Below the pieces are notes generated by a model. The model saw only the letters and a program-made list of their open reading frames with translations, was not told the origin of the DNA and made no database searches. DNA of 64,000 bases, taken from the IMG/VR virus record IMGVR_UViG_3300024262_003767. One strand, written 5' to 3'. Origin of the DNA: a virus. Both the position numbers and the translations under genes were made by a program. This document shows, piece by piece, positions 38,390 through 46,955 of the stretch; the first letter of the stretch is position 1; each line of letters opens with the position of its first letter.

Positions 38390-39280
38390 TCAAAATATAA
38401 GGCTACTTTTCGTTTCCCAACGTGAATATAATTTTCCGTTCTCCCTCAATATCAAATATTTGTATGTATCTTTAACTTCTTCATTCATACAATCATCATC
38501 AACTACGACAGACATTTCATCAATATCGTAAATTGATGCACCAAAAGGAAGTTTACCTAAATATCTACCATTCTTTACAACATATTCAGAAATTTTATCA
38601 TAAAATATTGAAGATGCGTTTTCTTCAATCCATTTATCAATTTCATTGTTTGTTTCTGATTTGTAAAGTTTCCTAAATGTAATCTGATCTGCACCCATTT
38701 CTTTACATTTATTTAAAACTTCATCAACTGAATATTTATCATAATCATCAACAAGATTTAATGATAATCTAAGATTGAAATCATATTTTTTGATAAGAGA
38801 AATAATTTCATTCATATCAAATTTCAATTTATCTTTACATCCAATTATACTCATATTTTTTTCATTATCAAAAACATTAGATATTGAAAGTGAGATTGTT
38901 GTTACTCCAATATTCCTTAAAAATTTAAGGCTTATATCATCTAATAACACACCTGTACTTTGAATTTCAATACTTTTAAAAGGTGTAATCAATTTTGAAT
39001 TTGTCTCAGAAAAGAATTTCAAAAATGGAAAATTTTGTGTTGGTTCACCTGTACCTGTTAATATAACAACATTACAACCATTATCTCTTGCAAATTGTAA
39101 ACGATTAAAATAATCTTTATATTCAATTGTAGTAGTATCTACATCAACCCAAAATTTATCTTTCTTTTTTAAACAATTAGAAACTTTATCACTATAAGGA
39201 TTTGTGTGCGTCCTACTCACACAAAATTTTACACATTTGTTTTTTGTAGGGACAACAATCGATAAACTCTGTATATTCAT
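38390..39280 (-). CDS. radical-SAM-like TIM-barrel protein with non-canonical Cys motif (tentative)
   Basis: VVILTGTGEPTQNF resembles the radical-SAM GGEP motif; Cys motif CVKFCVSRTH...C (C-x3-C, third Cys displaced) instead of CxxxCxxC. Confidence 0.3.
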   Translation of the reverse strand: MNIQSLSIVVPTKNKCVKFCVSRTHTNPYSDKVSNCLKKKDKFWVDVDTTTIEYKDYFNRLQFARDNGCNVVILTGTGEPTQNFPFLKFFSETNSKLITPFKSIEIQSTGVLLDDISLKFLRNIGVTTISLSISNVFDNEKNMSIIGCKDKLKFDMNEIISLIKKYDFNLRLSLNLVDDYDKYSVDEVLNKCKEMGADQITFRKLYKSETNNEIDKWIEENASSIFYDKISEYVVKNGRYLGKLPFGASIYDIDEMSVVVDDDCMNEEVKDTYKYLILRENGKLYSRWETKSSLIF

Positions 39281-39402
39281 TTCTTTGTATTTTAACGTTA
39301 TAATTTTATTTTATATTGCAAATATATAACTTTTATTCAACACAAAAAAGAAATGTGAAATAATTTATATTAATTATTAACAAATAAAAATCAAAAATAT
39401 TT

Positions 39403-39912
39403 ATGAATTGGTATGTAATACGAGTAGTAACTAGTAAAGAAAAGAAAACAAAAGAATTAATTGAAAAAGAATTGGAACTATATAAATTAGATAATAAAGT
39501 GTCTCAAATTTTGGTTCCAAGTAAGAAAGTGATGCAAATGAGAAATGGTAAAAAATATACTATTGAAAAGAATGATTTTCCAGGATATATTCTCATCGAA
39601 ACGGATAAAGTTGATGAACTAGTTTCAACTATTAAAAATGTTTCAAATGTTTTAGGGTTTTTAGGTGTGACTCACCCAGAACCACTAAGGCAAAGAGAGG
39701 TGGAAACAATCGTTGGTAGACAAAATAACACAATAGTTGAAGATAAATATTTTATTGGTGAAGTTGTAAAAGTCACCGACGGTCCTTTTAACTCATTTGT
39801 TGGTGAAATTATTCTAGTGAATGATAAGAAGAAAGCTGTAAAAGTGAACATTAAAGTTTTTGGACGTGATGTTCCAGTAGATTTGACTTATATTCAGATA
39901 GAAAAGAATTAG
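39403..39912 (+). CDS. nusG: transcription termination/antitermination factor NusG
   Basis: Collinear with E. coli NusG: WYVIRV (NGN), FPGYILIE, KVTDGPFNSFVGEI (KOW), VFGRDVPVDL. Confidence 0.85.
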   Translation: MNWYVIRVVTSKEKKTKELIEKELELYKLDNKVSQILVPSKKVMQMRNGKKYTIEKNDFPGYILIETDKVDELVSTIKNVSNVLGFLGVTHPEPLRQREVETIVGRQNNTIVEDKYFIGEVVKVTDGPFNSFVGEIILVNDKKKAVKVNIKVFGRDVPVDLTYIQIEKN

Positions 39913-39931
39913 AACAAAAACTTTTCTAAAC

Positions 39932-39959
39932 AAAAAAAGAGGCTCACGCCTCTTTTTTT
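39932..39959. terminator. bidirectional rho-independent terminator between nusG and the convergent S1 gene
   Basis: A-run, agaggctcacgcctct, T-run. Confidence 0.7.
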
Positions 39960-39975
39960 GTTTAGAAAAAATGGA

Positions 39976-41106
39976 TTATTCCTCTTTTTCTTTAACTAAG
40001 TTAAGATATATCTTTCTATCATCTTTGATAACAGAAATAACCTTAACTTTTACTTGATCACCTTTCGTTAATTTGGCATTATTCTTCACAAGGTATGTGG
40101 TTTGTATTAACCCCATAGTTTCATAGTCAAGTGAAATTAATGCTCCAAAATTTTTCACATCAATTACTTTTCCTGATAATATTTTACCTACTTTAATTTT
40201 ATCCCAAAGAGACTCTTTTAAAGATTGTGTTAGTATAATCTTTTGACTTTTTGTGATTTCCTTAACATAAAAATCAATTGCCATACCAGGTAGGATTTGG
40301 TGCCATCTATCTTGCCACTCAGTATTTATGTTCATTTTATGAATCATACCTGTAAGACAATTATTGAATTGAACAAATACTCCAAATGGTGTTGTTCCAG
40401 TAACTTCGCCTGCATAAACGACATCATTTTTTAGTTTTTTGATCTCTTCTGGTATAAGTGTCTTAAGATATTTTCTTCGTGAAACAACATAAACCCCCTT
40501 TTCTTGTTGCAATGTCTCTAACATCACATTTAGAGTTTCACCAATAATTGATTCAGGATTTGCGAGTTTATTAACATCAGCTAATGTATTTGGCATAAAC
40601 GCATCGATAGTTACATTATCCATATAAATATCAAGCATATAGCCTGCTGGTATTAATTCCTTCACCTTAGCAACAAGTGATAATCTTTCTTCATAATAAG
40701 TTTTCAATTTATTATGAACATTCATTTTAATTAATTCTGTAATAGATCCTCTTATTAAGAATGGATCGTCTTGAATTGATGTTATTAGTACATCAATTTG
40801 TGAACCAGGCTCTAACCCTATCACTAATTTTCCTTTTGGTGTGTCAACATAAATGTAGTCTTTATACCCAAAATCAACAGTTATTTCTGTATCATCTATA
40901 GATACTATCACACCTTTGATTATTTCCCCTTCTCTTACTTCTCTTAAATCAAGAAAAGTTTTTTCCATCATACGATAAAGATTTTGATAATCTTCAGTAA
41001 GATTAGATAAATCACCTTTTACTTTGATTATTTCTCTATCATTAGTTAGAAACGGAAAAGGATCAGGAAGTGATCCTACATTTACGCCTTCGATTAATTT
41101 CGACAT
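39976..41106 (-). CDS. S1 RNA-binding-domain repeat protein (ribosomal protein S1-like, ~4 S1 domains)
   Basis: Repeated S1 signatures: GEIIKGVIVSIDDTEITVDFG, GEVTGTTPFGVFVQFNNCLTGMIH, GKILSGKVIDVKNFGALISL. Confidence 0.7.
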   Translation of the reverse strand: MSKLIEGVNVGSLPDPFPFLTNDREIIKVKGDLSNLTEDYQNLYRMMEKTFLDLREVREGEIIKGVIVSIDDTEITVDFGYKDYIYVDTPKGKLVIGLEPGSQIDVLITSIQDDPFLIRGSITELIKMNVHNKLKTYYEERLSLVAKVKELIPAGYMLDIYMDNVTIDAFMPNTLADVNKLANPESIIGETLNVMLETLQQEKGVYVVSRRKYLKTLIPEEIKKLKNDVVYAGEVTGTTPFGVFVQFNNCLTGMIHKMNINTEWQDRWHQILPGMAIDFYVKEITKSQKIILTQSLKESLWDKIKVGKILSGKVIDVKNFGALISLDYETMGLIQTTYLVKNNAKLTKGDQVKVKVISVIKDDRKIYLNLVKEKEE

Positions 41107-41175
41107 ACGATTTTTTTTAAGTTAAACATTTATTTTAATTACTCACAATATTATAGAACCATTAAAAATAAAGGT

Positions 41176-41832
41176 TTACTTTTCTTTATCTTCTTTGTAA
41201 ATATTTTGTTTTCTTTGTGAAGGTAATTGCTCGGTATGAGTCCAAACTTCTGTATCATAGATACTTTCTTCTTGAATTTCTTGTGTTGTGCTAAGAGCCC
41301 AATCTATATCCAAATATAAAAATTTGAAAGTTAATGAGAATGTTTGTTCTGATATGTCTTGTATATTATATGCAAGTCTAAGTTCAGATTCTGATTTCCA
41401 TAAAACTGAACGAAACTTAACTACATAAATCACATCTCCATCCTTATCAAGAATATCTAAAGTTAACCAAGGCATATAATATTTTCTTGTATTATTATAA
41501 TATTCAGTTAGTATTTGTCTTAACATGAAATAGTTGGCATGCGAATCTATACTTCTAAATGTTATATCTAATTCTTGGGAATTTAAATCGTGAATATTTT
41601 GTGTTGGTTTATATTCAATTTGTTTACTATATTTATGAACCTGTTGTGAACCATCAATTTGCATTGATGGAAAAACAATTTCTTTTATTGTTGAATTTAA
41701 GTAATCAATAGGTTTATTATATGGTATAAAATTCTTATCCATAAACCTTTGAAGTTTATCATTTGTTTCTTCTGAAACAAAATCAGTTGGAAAATTAAAC
41801 TTAAATTGATTATTTTGTGATCCTAATCTCAT
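41176..41832 (-). CDS. hypothetical protein
   Basis: 218-aa ORF in a co-oriented block with the 614-aa ORF. Confidence 0.5.
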   Translation of the reverse strand: MRLGSQNNQFKFNFPTDFVSEETNDKLQRFMDKNFIPYNKPIDYLNSTIKEIVFPSMQIDGSQQVHKYSKQIEYKPTQNIHDLNSQELDITFRSIDSHANYFMLRQILTEYYNNTRKYYMPWLTLDILDKDGDVIYVVKFRSVLWKSESELRLAYNIQDISEQTFSLTFKFLYLDIDWALSTTQEIQEESIYDTEVWTHTEQLPSQRKQNIYKEDKEK

Positions 41833-41846
41833 TTTTAAACATTATT

Positions 41847-42188
41847 TTATCCTGCAACACCACCTGCGCCAGGAACATTTTCACTATCATCTGTACTTTC
41901 ATTTGATAAATCTTGAAAGGCGATAGTCGTATTTTGTACTGTTACTGTTGGAATATCAGAAGTTTGATTGTTGCTGTATCTCTTTAATGGTAGCACTTCT
42001 AATGCTTCTATGTATGGACTTTTTAACAATTCTCTATATAACTCTTCTGATATTTCAGAAGCTACAATTATATTACCAGATTGATATACAACTGAACCAC
42101 CTTCATTTTTAATTAAGTTAGATATTTCAGGATTAAATGTTGAAGCTATTACTGATTCTGCTGTATTATTAGATGATGATGTTGCCAT
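41847..42188 (-). CDS. hypothetical protein
   Basis: 113-aa ORF. Confidence 0.45.
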   Translation of the reverse strand: MATSSSNNTAESVIASTFNPEISNLIKNEGGSVVYQSGNIIVASEISEELYRELLKSPYIEALEVLPLKRYSNNQTSDIPTVTVQNTTIAFQDLSNESTDDSENVPGAGGVAG

Positions 42189-42205
42189 TTTTATATTATT
42201 AATTT

Positions 42206-44050
42206 TTAAGTTGCTCTTATTTGCTCTGCTGGTGAACTTGTTACAGAACTTCGTGATTTCGTGTAAATTATTAACGTTTTACCTGCTTTTGGTTGCCATC
42301 CAGTATTTCCAATATTTACTGGTTTAATATTTGATGTATTAGATGAACTTAATGAACCATCATCCGTTATAGTTATACCATCTTCAACAAATCTAACATC
42401 TTCATAAAATGTGAACGTACCTGAGTATAATAATGTTTTTAATTTGTTGGCTTCTAACGCTATATAAAAATTATTATATCCCTTATCATATATTTTCTTT
42501 AGTACATTTAAATCATTTTCAGCAATTTTAAAATTAACTATACCTAATGTGAAATTATTTGTAGATTCTTTAAAAATTGATTTTTCAATTGATTCTGAAT
42601 CAGATTTAAATATTAATTTAACATCTGAACCTTTTGTTAATTCTGATAAATTAAAAGGTTGTAAACTTTTATTATTTATTAATTTTCCAAGTTTAAATTG
42701 AATCACATTATCAAACGGGGTTATAATTATGTTCAATAACCCCATACCTTTATAATTTTGTGGTTGTGAACTCTTTGGACTATTTACAATAACTTTACCA
42801 ACATCTATTAGAAGAGGATAAGGTATTTTTCTAATTTCAGTCACAAGAGGCTTAGTGCTAAAATCCCTATTAAGTTGAATTTGCTCTGGTTTAGCATTGT
42901 ATATCTTTAAATTATTAATATTTCCAACATCAAGAGAAATTAATCTTTTACCATATTTATGAATACTATCCCTAATTCCAAGTGTTGTAAATCTCACAAT
43001 TTGTGACATATCAACCAAATCAACAACTCTCATTGTAACTTTAATGGCAGCGGTTGTATTAGAGAATGTCATAATTGGTCTATAATATAATTTCTTTGTG
43101 AATATAGCTAAACCTAATGTTGGATCTTCTTCAACAGAAAATGTTTGTTTTGACGTTTGAATATTTTCTTCATAAAGATATACATCATATTCAAATTTTA
43201 CTCGTCTACCTTTTGTATATACATCTTCAATAAATTCGTTAAGATTCTCATTTGATTCACCATAAGTGCCATATATTTCAAAAAAATCACCTTCAGTAGA
43301 TTCTTCGACTTTAACTGCAAGAGTTTGATATTCAGGTGTTTGTGGTATAGACATTCTATACTCATTTGTGGCATAATAGTAATTCACCCCTAATATCGTA
43401 TCTTTACTAGTTAAAAATCTAAAATCTAAGAATATAGGTGCAGTTTGACTTAATCCTTCATGACTTGTTGTTAAATTATAATTTATAGTATTAGGTATTA
43501 CACTATTTGTGTTATCACTTAAAACTCGTTGATTAGATACGTAATTTATAGAAGGCACCTCAAATTCAAAATATTTACCCCATTCAATTTCATCATATAT
43601 GAATGGTATTGCCAAATTCAATAATGTTGAACCACTACGAGCATCTGTATTATCATAGAAAATGTTACTTAGATTATATGTTTTTGTATTATCAAATCCA
43701 TAAGCGAATGTTTTTAAATAAAATCCAACATAACCTTCTGTTTCAAAATTGTAATTTGTTGGTAAATAAACTCTTACCCTATCATATTGTATTGGTGCTG
43801 AACTATAATCTTGTTCTTGTAGATAATTATAACTATTATCAAATACGGTATATTTTCTTAAAACTGGATCGATTTGAAATAAGTTTCTACTTTTACTATT
43901 TAAAAGTGATGTTGAAAGGAAATTTTTCGTATTGTTTTCGTTAATATTTGTTATTATCTGATAATTCTCTGATATAAAATTATTACTATCAAATCCCCAC
44001 TCAATTAATACTTTTGGGTTTATTTTTATATACTTAGAAACAGTCGCCAT
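42206..44050 (-). CDS. large hypothetical protein (possibly virion structural)
   Basis: 614 aa, N/S/T/Y-rich; no catalytic motif seen. Confidence 0.5.
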   Translation of the reverse strand: MATVSKYIKINPKVLIEWGFDSNNFISENYQIITNINENNTKNFLSTSLLNSKSRNLFQIDPVLRKYTVFDNSYNYLQEQDYSSAPIQYDRVRVYLPTNYNFETEGYVGFYLKTFAYGFDNTKTYNLSNIFYDNTDARSGSTLLNLAIPFIYDEIEWGKYFEFEVPSINYVSNQRVLSDNTNSVIPNTINYNLTTSHEGLSQTAPIFLDFRFLTSKDTILGVNYYYATNEYRMSIPQTPEYQTLAVKVEESTEGDFFEIYGTYGESNENLNEFIEDVYTKGRRVKFEYDVYLYEENIQTSKQTFSVEEDPTLGLAIFTKKLYYRPIMTFSNTTAAIKVTMRVVDLVDMSQIVRFTTLGIRDSIHKYGKRLISLDVGNINNLKIYNAKPEQIQLNRDFSTKPLVTEIRKIPYPLLIDVGKVIVNSPKSSQPQNYKGMGLLNIIITPFDNVIQFKLGKLINNKSLQPFNLSELTKGSDVKLIFKSDSESIEKSIFKESTNNFTLGIVNFKIAENDLNVLKKIYDKGYNNFYIALEANKLKTLLYSGTFTFYEDVRFVEDGITITDDGSLSSSNTSNIKPVNIGNTGWQPKAGKTLIIYTKSRSSVTSSPAEQIRAT

Positions 44051-44139
44051 GTTATTTGATTATTTATTATTTACTTATATATATTAAATTGTAAACTTTA
44101 AACCGAAAAATTAATAAAAAGTAAAAATAAAGTCCAACA

Positions 44140-44694
44140 ATGTCATTAACAACAACTGCGGTAAGTTCTAACTATGGCACATTAACCGTCTCAGGTACAC
44201 TTTCAGGTTACACAACAACATCATCGACAATAACAATATGTACAGGGTACACTTACGCAGGTTATGGGTATTCACCTTATCTAATGGGTGTTGATGTTGC
44301 TTATTCAAAATTATCAAATTTAGATTATGAAATAGAATTTTCATATGATGTTGACGATCATTTAAAAAATAGTGTAAGTTTTATAAATCATAAAAAAATC
44401 ACATTTAATTGTGATTTTGTGGAGAAAGATAGAATTCAACCTTATGAACTAATAATGAAAATGATAAGTGAAAAAATAAAATTCGATATCACAATTGATG
44501 TGAGTGATATTTTAACAGTTAAATATCTAGATGTTAGGTTTAAAGATATTGAAAATAATTTTTTATTTAATGGTAAGTGTGACTTTAGTACATTACAAGT
44601 TAAAATTAAATATAAGAGTATAATTTACGATAACCATAAATTACACATAACAGAAAAACGAAAAGATAAATTAAATAAAATAATGGAATTGTGA
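44140..44694 (+). CDS. hypothetical protein with S/T/G/Y-rich N-terminus
   Basis: 184-aa ORF. Confidence 0.5.
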   Translation: MSLTTTAVSSNYGTLTVSGTLSGYTTTSSTITICTGYTYAGYGYSPYLMGVDVAYSKLSNLDYEIEFSYDVDDHLKNSVSFINHKKITFNCDFVEKDRIQPYELIMKMISEKIKFDITIDVSDILTVKYLDVRFKDIENNFLFNGKCDFSTLQVKIKYKSIIYDNHKLHITEKRKDKLNKIMEL

Positions 44695-45284
44695 TAGATA
44701 GAAGAAATGATATATACAAAATTCTCAATTTAAAAAATTATAAACTTGGTATAGAAGTGGGTACTTTTGAAGGTGATTTTTCAAGAACTATTTTAAGTAC
44801 TTGGAATGGTACATTATATTCTTTAGATATTTGGAAAACATTAGATAATGAAGAATATGTTGATACTAGTAATAATATCACACCATTTGACACATTAGGT
44901 AAGACTATTATTAATATTGAAGGATTTGAAGATAGGAGTGTCTTAATAAGAACCTCATCAGAAAATGGTTCAAAAATATTTCCTAATGAATATTTTGATT
45001 TTGTTTATATTGATGCAAATCATAAATATTCTTATGTTAAACAAGATATAGAATTGTGGTATCCAAAAATAAAACATGGTGGTATGATATCAGGTCACGA
45101 TTATATTAACGATTATAAACCTGATCAAACGGTTAATGGATATGATACTAATGTATGGATAGATAATAATTTTTGTGGATTGTTTGGAGTAAATCCTGCG
45201 GTTGATGAATTTGTTAAAAAATATAATCTAGATTTAAATATAACAAGTGAATATTTTGGTACATGGTACACATTTAAAAAATAA
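44691..45284 (+). CDS. class I SAM-dependent methyltransferase-like protein (TylF/MycF-type, tentative)
   Basis: Motif-I-like LGIEVGTFEGDFS; acidic residue after beta2 (YSLDIW); GHDY. Confidence 0.4.
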   Translation: MIDRRNDIYKILNLKNYKLGIEVGTFEGDFSRTILSTWNGTLYSLDIWKTLDNEEYVDTSNNITPFDTLGKTIINIEGFEDRSVLIRTSSENGSKIFPNEYFDFVYIDANHKYSYVKQDIELWYPKIKHGGMISGHDYINDYKPDQTVNGYDTNVWIDNNFCGLFGVNPAVDEFVKKYNLDLNITSEYFGTWYTFKK

Positions 45285-45291
45285 TTAAATT

Positions 45292-45495
45292 ATGAAAACG
45301 TTAAAGAAAAACAATGAAATTAAAAGAGTAAAAGATTCTTCACCATCAGACGAGGCACAAATTCAAAGTTTATTAAACTCTGGATGGAAATATTGTCCGA
45401 AAAGTGAATGGAAAGCAACAAGACCTGTAAAGGAAAAAGTTGACAAGAAAAAAGTTGACAAGAAAGAGAATAAAAAAAGAGGTATAGATTCGTGA
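45292..45495 (+). CDS. small Lys-rich protein with tandem KKVDKK repeat
   Basis: 15-bp tandem repeat gaaaaagttgacaag x2 encoding KVDKKKVDKK. Confidence 0.4.
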   Translation: MKTLKKNNEIKRVKDSSPSDEAQIQSLLNSGWKYCPKSEWKATRPVKEKVDKKKVDKKENKKRGIDS

Positions 45496-46370
45496 GTTTA
45501 AAATTGAAAAAAATTGTAAAATCAACACATGATAATACAATTAAATACATTTATTACACCAACGACAATTTAATTATAGAATTTTCTTACATAGATAAAA
45601 ATGATGGTAAAAATATTATATGTGCACCATCACAAACAATGTGTAATATTGGTTGTAAATTTTGTCACACCACAGATCATATTGGAAAAATCAAAACTAG
45701 AAATTTAACGGAATATGAAATATCTGATGGTGTTGAATATATATATAATGATTTGAATTTATCAAAAAATCCAAAAACATTATTGATATCATATATGGGT
45801 TGTGGTGAACCAATTCTCAATGTAGATGGTGTAGTTAACTCTATGCGTATCATAAACGAGATGTATGATGTATATACAAGGTTTGCAATTGCAACATCAA
45901 TACCAGAATATAAATATATTGAATTTTTTAATTTTACTAATAAAATTGATGAATTAAAATTACCAGTAAAATTACACTTATCGTTACACTATACTATGGA
46001 TCAAATTAGATCGCAATGGATGCCAAAATCTATGAATATTATTGAATCTTTAGCTGCTGTTGATTTTTTCAAAAAGAAAACTAATAATTCAGTTGAAATA
46101 CATTACGCTTTACTTGATGGTGTTAATGATACTGAACAAGATGCAATACTTTTAACTAATTTAATAAAAGATAGAGACTTTAATGTAAAATTTTTATTTT
46201 ATAATAAAAGAGAGATATTGGATATTGAACCATCAGACAAACAAAAATTGAGAACATTTAAAAGATATTTCAATAAATATAATATTGAACATGAGTATTA
46301 TATACCACCAGGATTAGATGTTGGGGCATCATGTGGACAATTCTTAATGGAAGAATATACCGAAAAATAA
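45492..46370 (+). CDS. RlmN/Cfr-family radical SAM RNA methyltransferase, short form lacking the N-terminal domain
   Basis: IICAPSQTMCNIGCKFCHT (RlmN: vSsQvGCal.CkFCsT), MGCGEPILN (GMGEPLLN), C-terminal VGASCGQF (AACGQL). Confidence 0.75.
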   Translation: MSLKLKKIVKSTHDNTIKYIYYTNDNLIIEFSYIDKNDGKNIICAPSQTMCNIGCKFCHTTDHIGKIKTRNLTEYEISDGVEYIYNDLNLSKNPKTLLISYMGCGEPILNVDGVVNSMRIINEMYDVYTRFAIATSIPEYKYIEFFNFTNKIDELKLPVKLHLSLHYTMDQIRSQWMPKSMNIIESLAAVDFFKKKTNNSVEIHYALLDGVNDTEQDAILLTNLIKDRDFNVKFLFYNKREILDIEPSDKQKLRTFKRYFNKYNIEHEYYIPPGLDVGASCGQFLMEEYTEK

Positions 46371-46380
46371 AATAAACACA

Positions 46381-46914
46381 ATGAAAGTAATAGTAATTAA
46401 TGGTACAGCACAAACTGGAAAGGATAAGTTTGTCTCTTTTTTTAATGAAGTCGCAACCGAACTAAGAGTAAAGAATTATTCATCAATTGATAGAGTTAAA
46501 CAAATAGCCGAAATATGTTTTGGTTGGGACACTAAAAAGAATGATAAATCTAGAAGATTTTTATCAGAAATTAAAAGAATTTGGACTGATTTTAATGATG
46601 GTCCGTTTGAGGTTATTAAAAATCAAATAGATGTTGATATAATATATTCAAAAAATAATAATAAAGATGTAAGTAAAAATATCTATTTTATACATATACG
46701 AGAACCAGAAGAAATAAAAAAAGTTAAAAAATATTACGATATTTTCTGTGTTACACTTTTAATAAAAAAAGATGTAGATTTTATTCCTGATAATGATTCA
46801 GATAAAAATGTTGAAAATTTTGATTATGATTATATTGTAGATAATAATGGTTCAGAAGAAGAATTAAAAATACGAGCCGAAGAATTTCTAACACACATAA
46901 AAAAAACCTTGTAA
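46381..46914 (+). CDS. deoxynucleoside monophosphate kinase (T4 gp1-like)
   Basis: N-terminal MKVIVINGTAQTGKDKF parallels T4 gp1 MKLIFLSGVKRSGKDT (Walker A ending in GKD). Confidence 0.55.
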   Translation: MKVIVINGTAQTGKDKFVSFFNEVATELRVKNYSSIDRVKQIAEICFGWDTKKNDKSRRFLSEIKRIWTDFNDGPFEVIKNQIDVDIIYSKNNNKDVSKNIYFIHIREPEEIKKVKKYYDIFCVTLLIKKDVDFIPDNDSDKNVENFDYDYIVDNNGSEEELKIRAEEFLTHIKKTL

Positions 46915-46933
46915 GAAATTACAAGGTTTTTTT
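46901..46933. terminator. bidirectional terminator between the dNMP kinase gene and the convergent clpB
   Basis: A-run, ccttgtaagaaattacaagg, T-run; hairpin overlaps the stop codon. Confidence 0.65.
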
Positions 46934-46955
46934 ATGCTTATTGGCGGGTTAATTT

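Noticed and set aside
45437-45466. Tandem 15-bp direct repeat (gaaaaagttgacaag x2)
   Set aside because: Not a CRISPR or regulatory repeat. It lies inside a Lys-rich coding ORF and simply encodes a duplicated KVDKK peptide.
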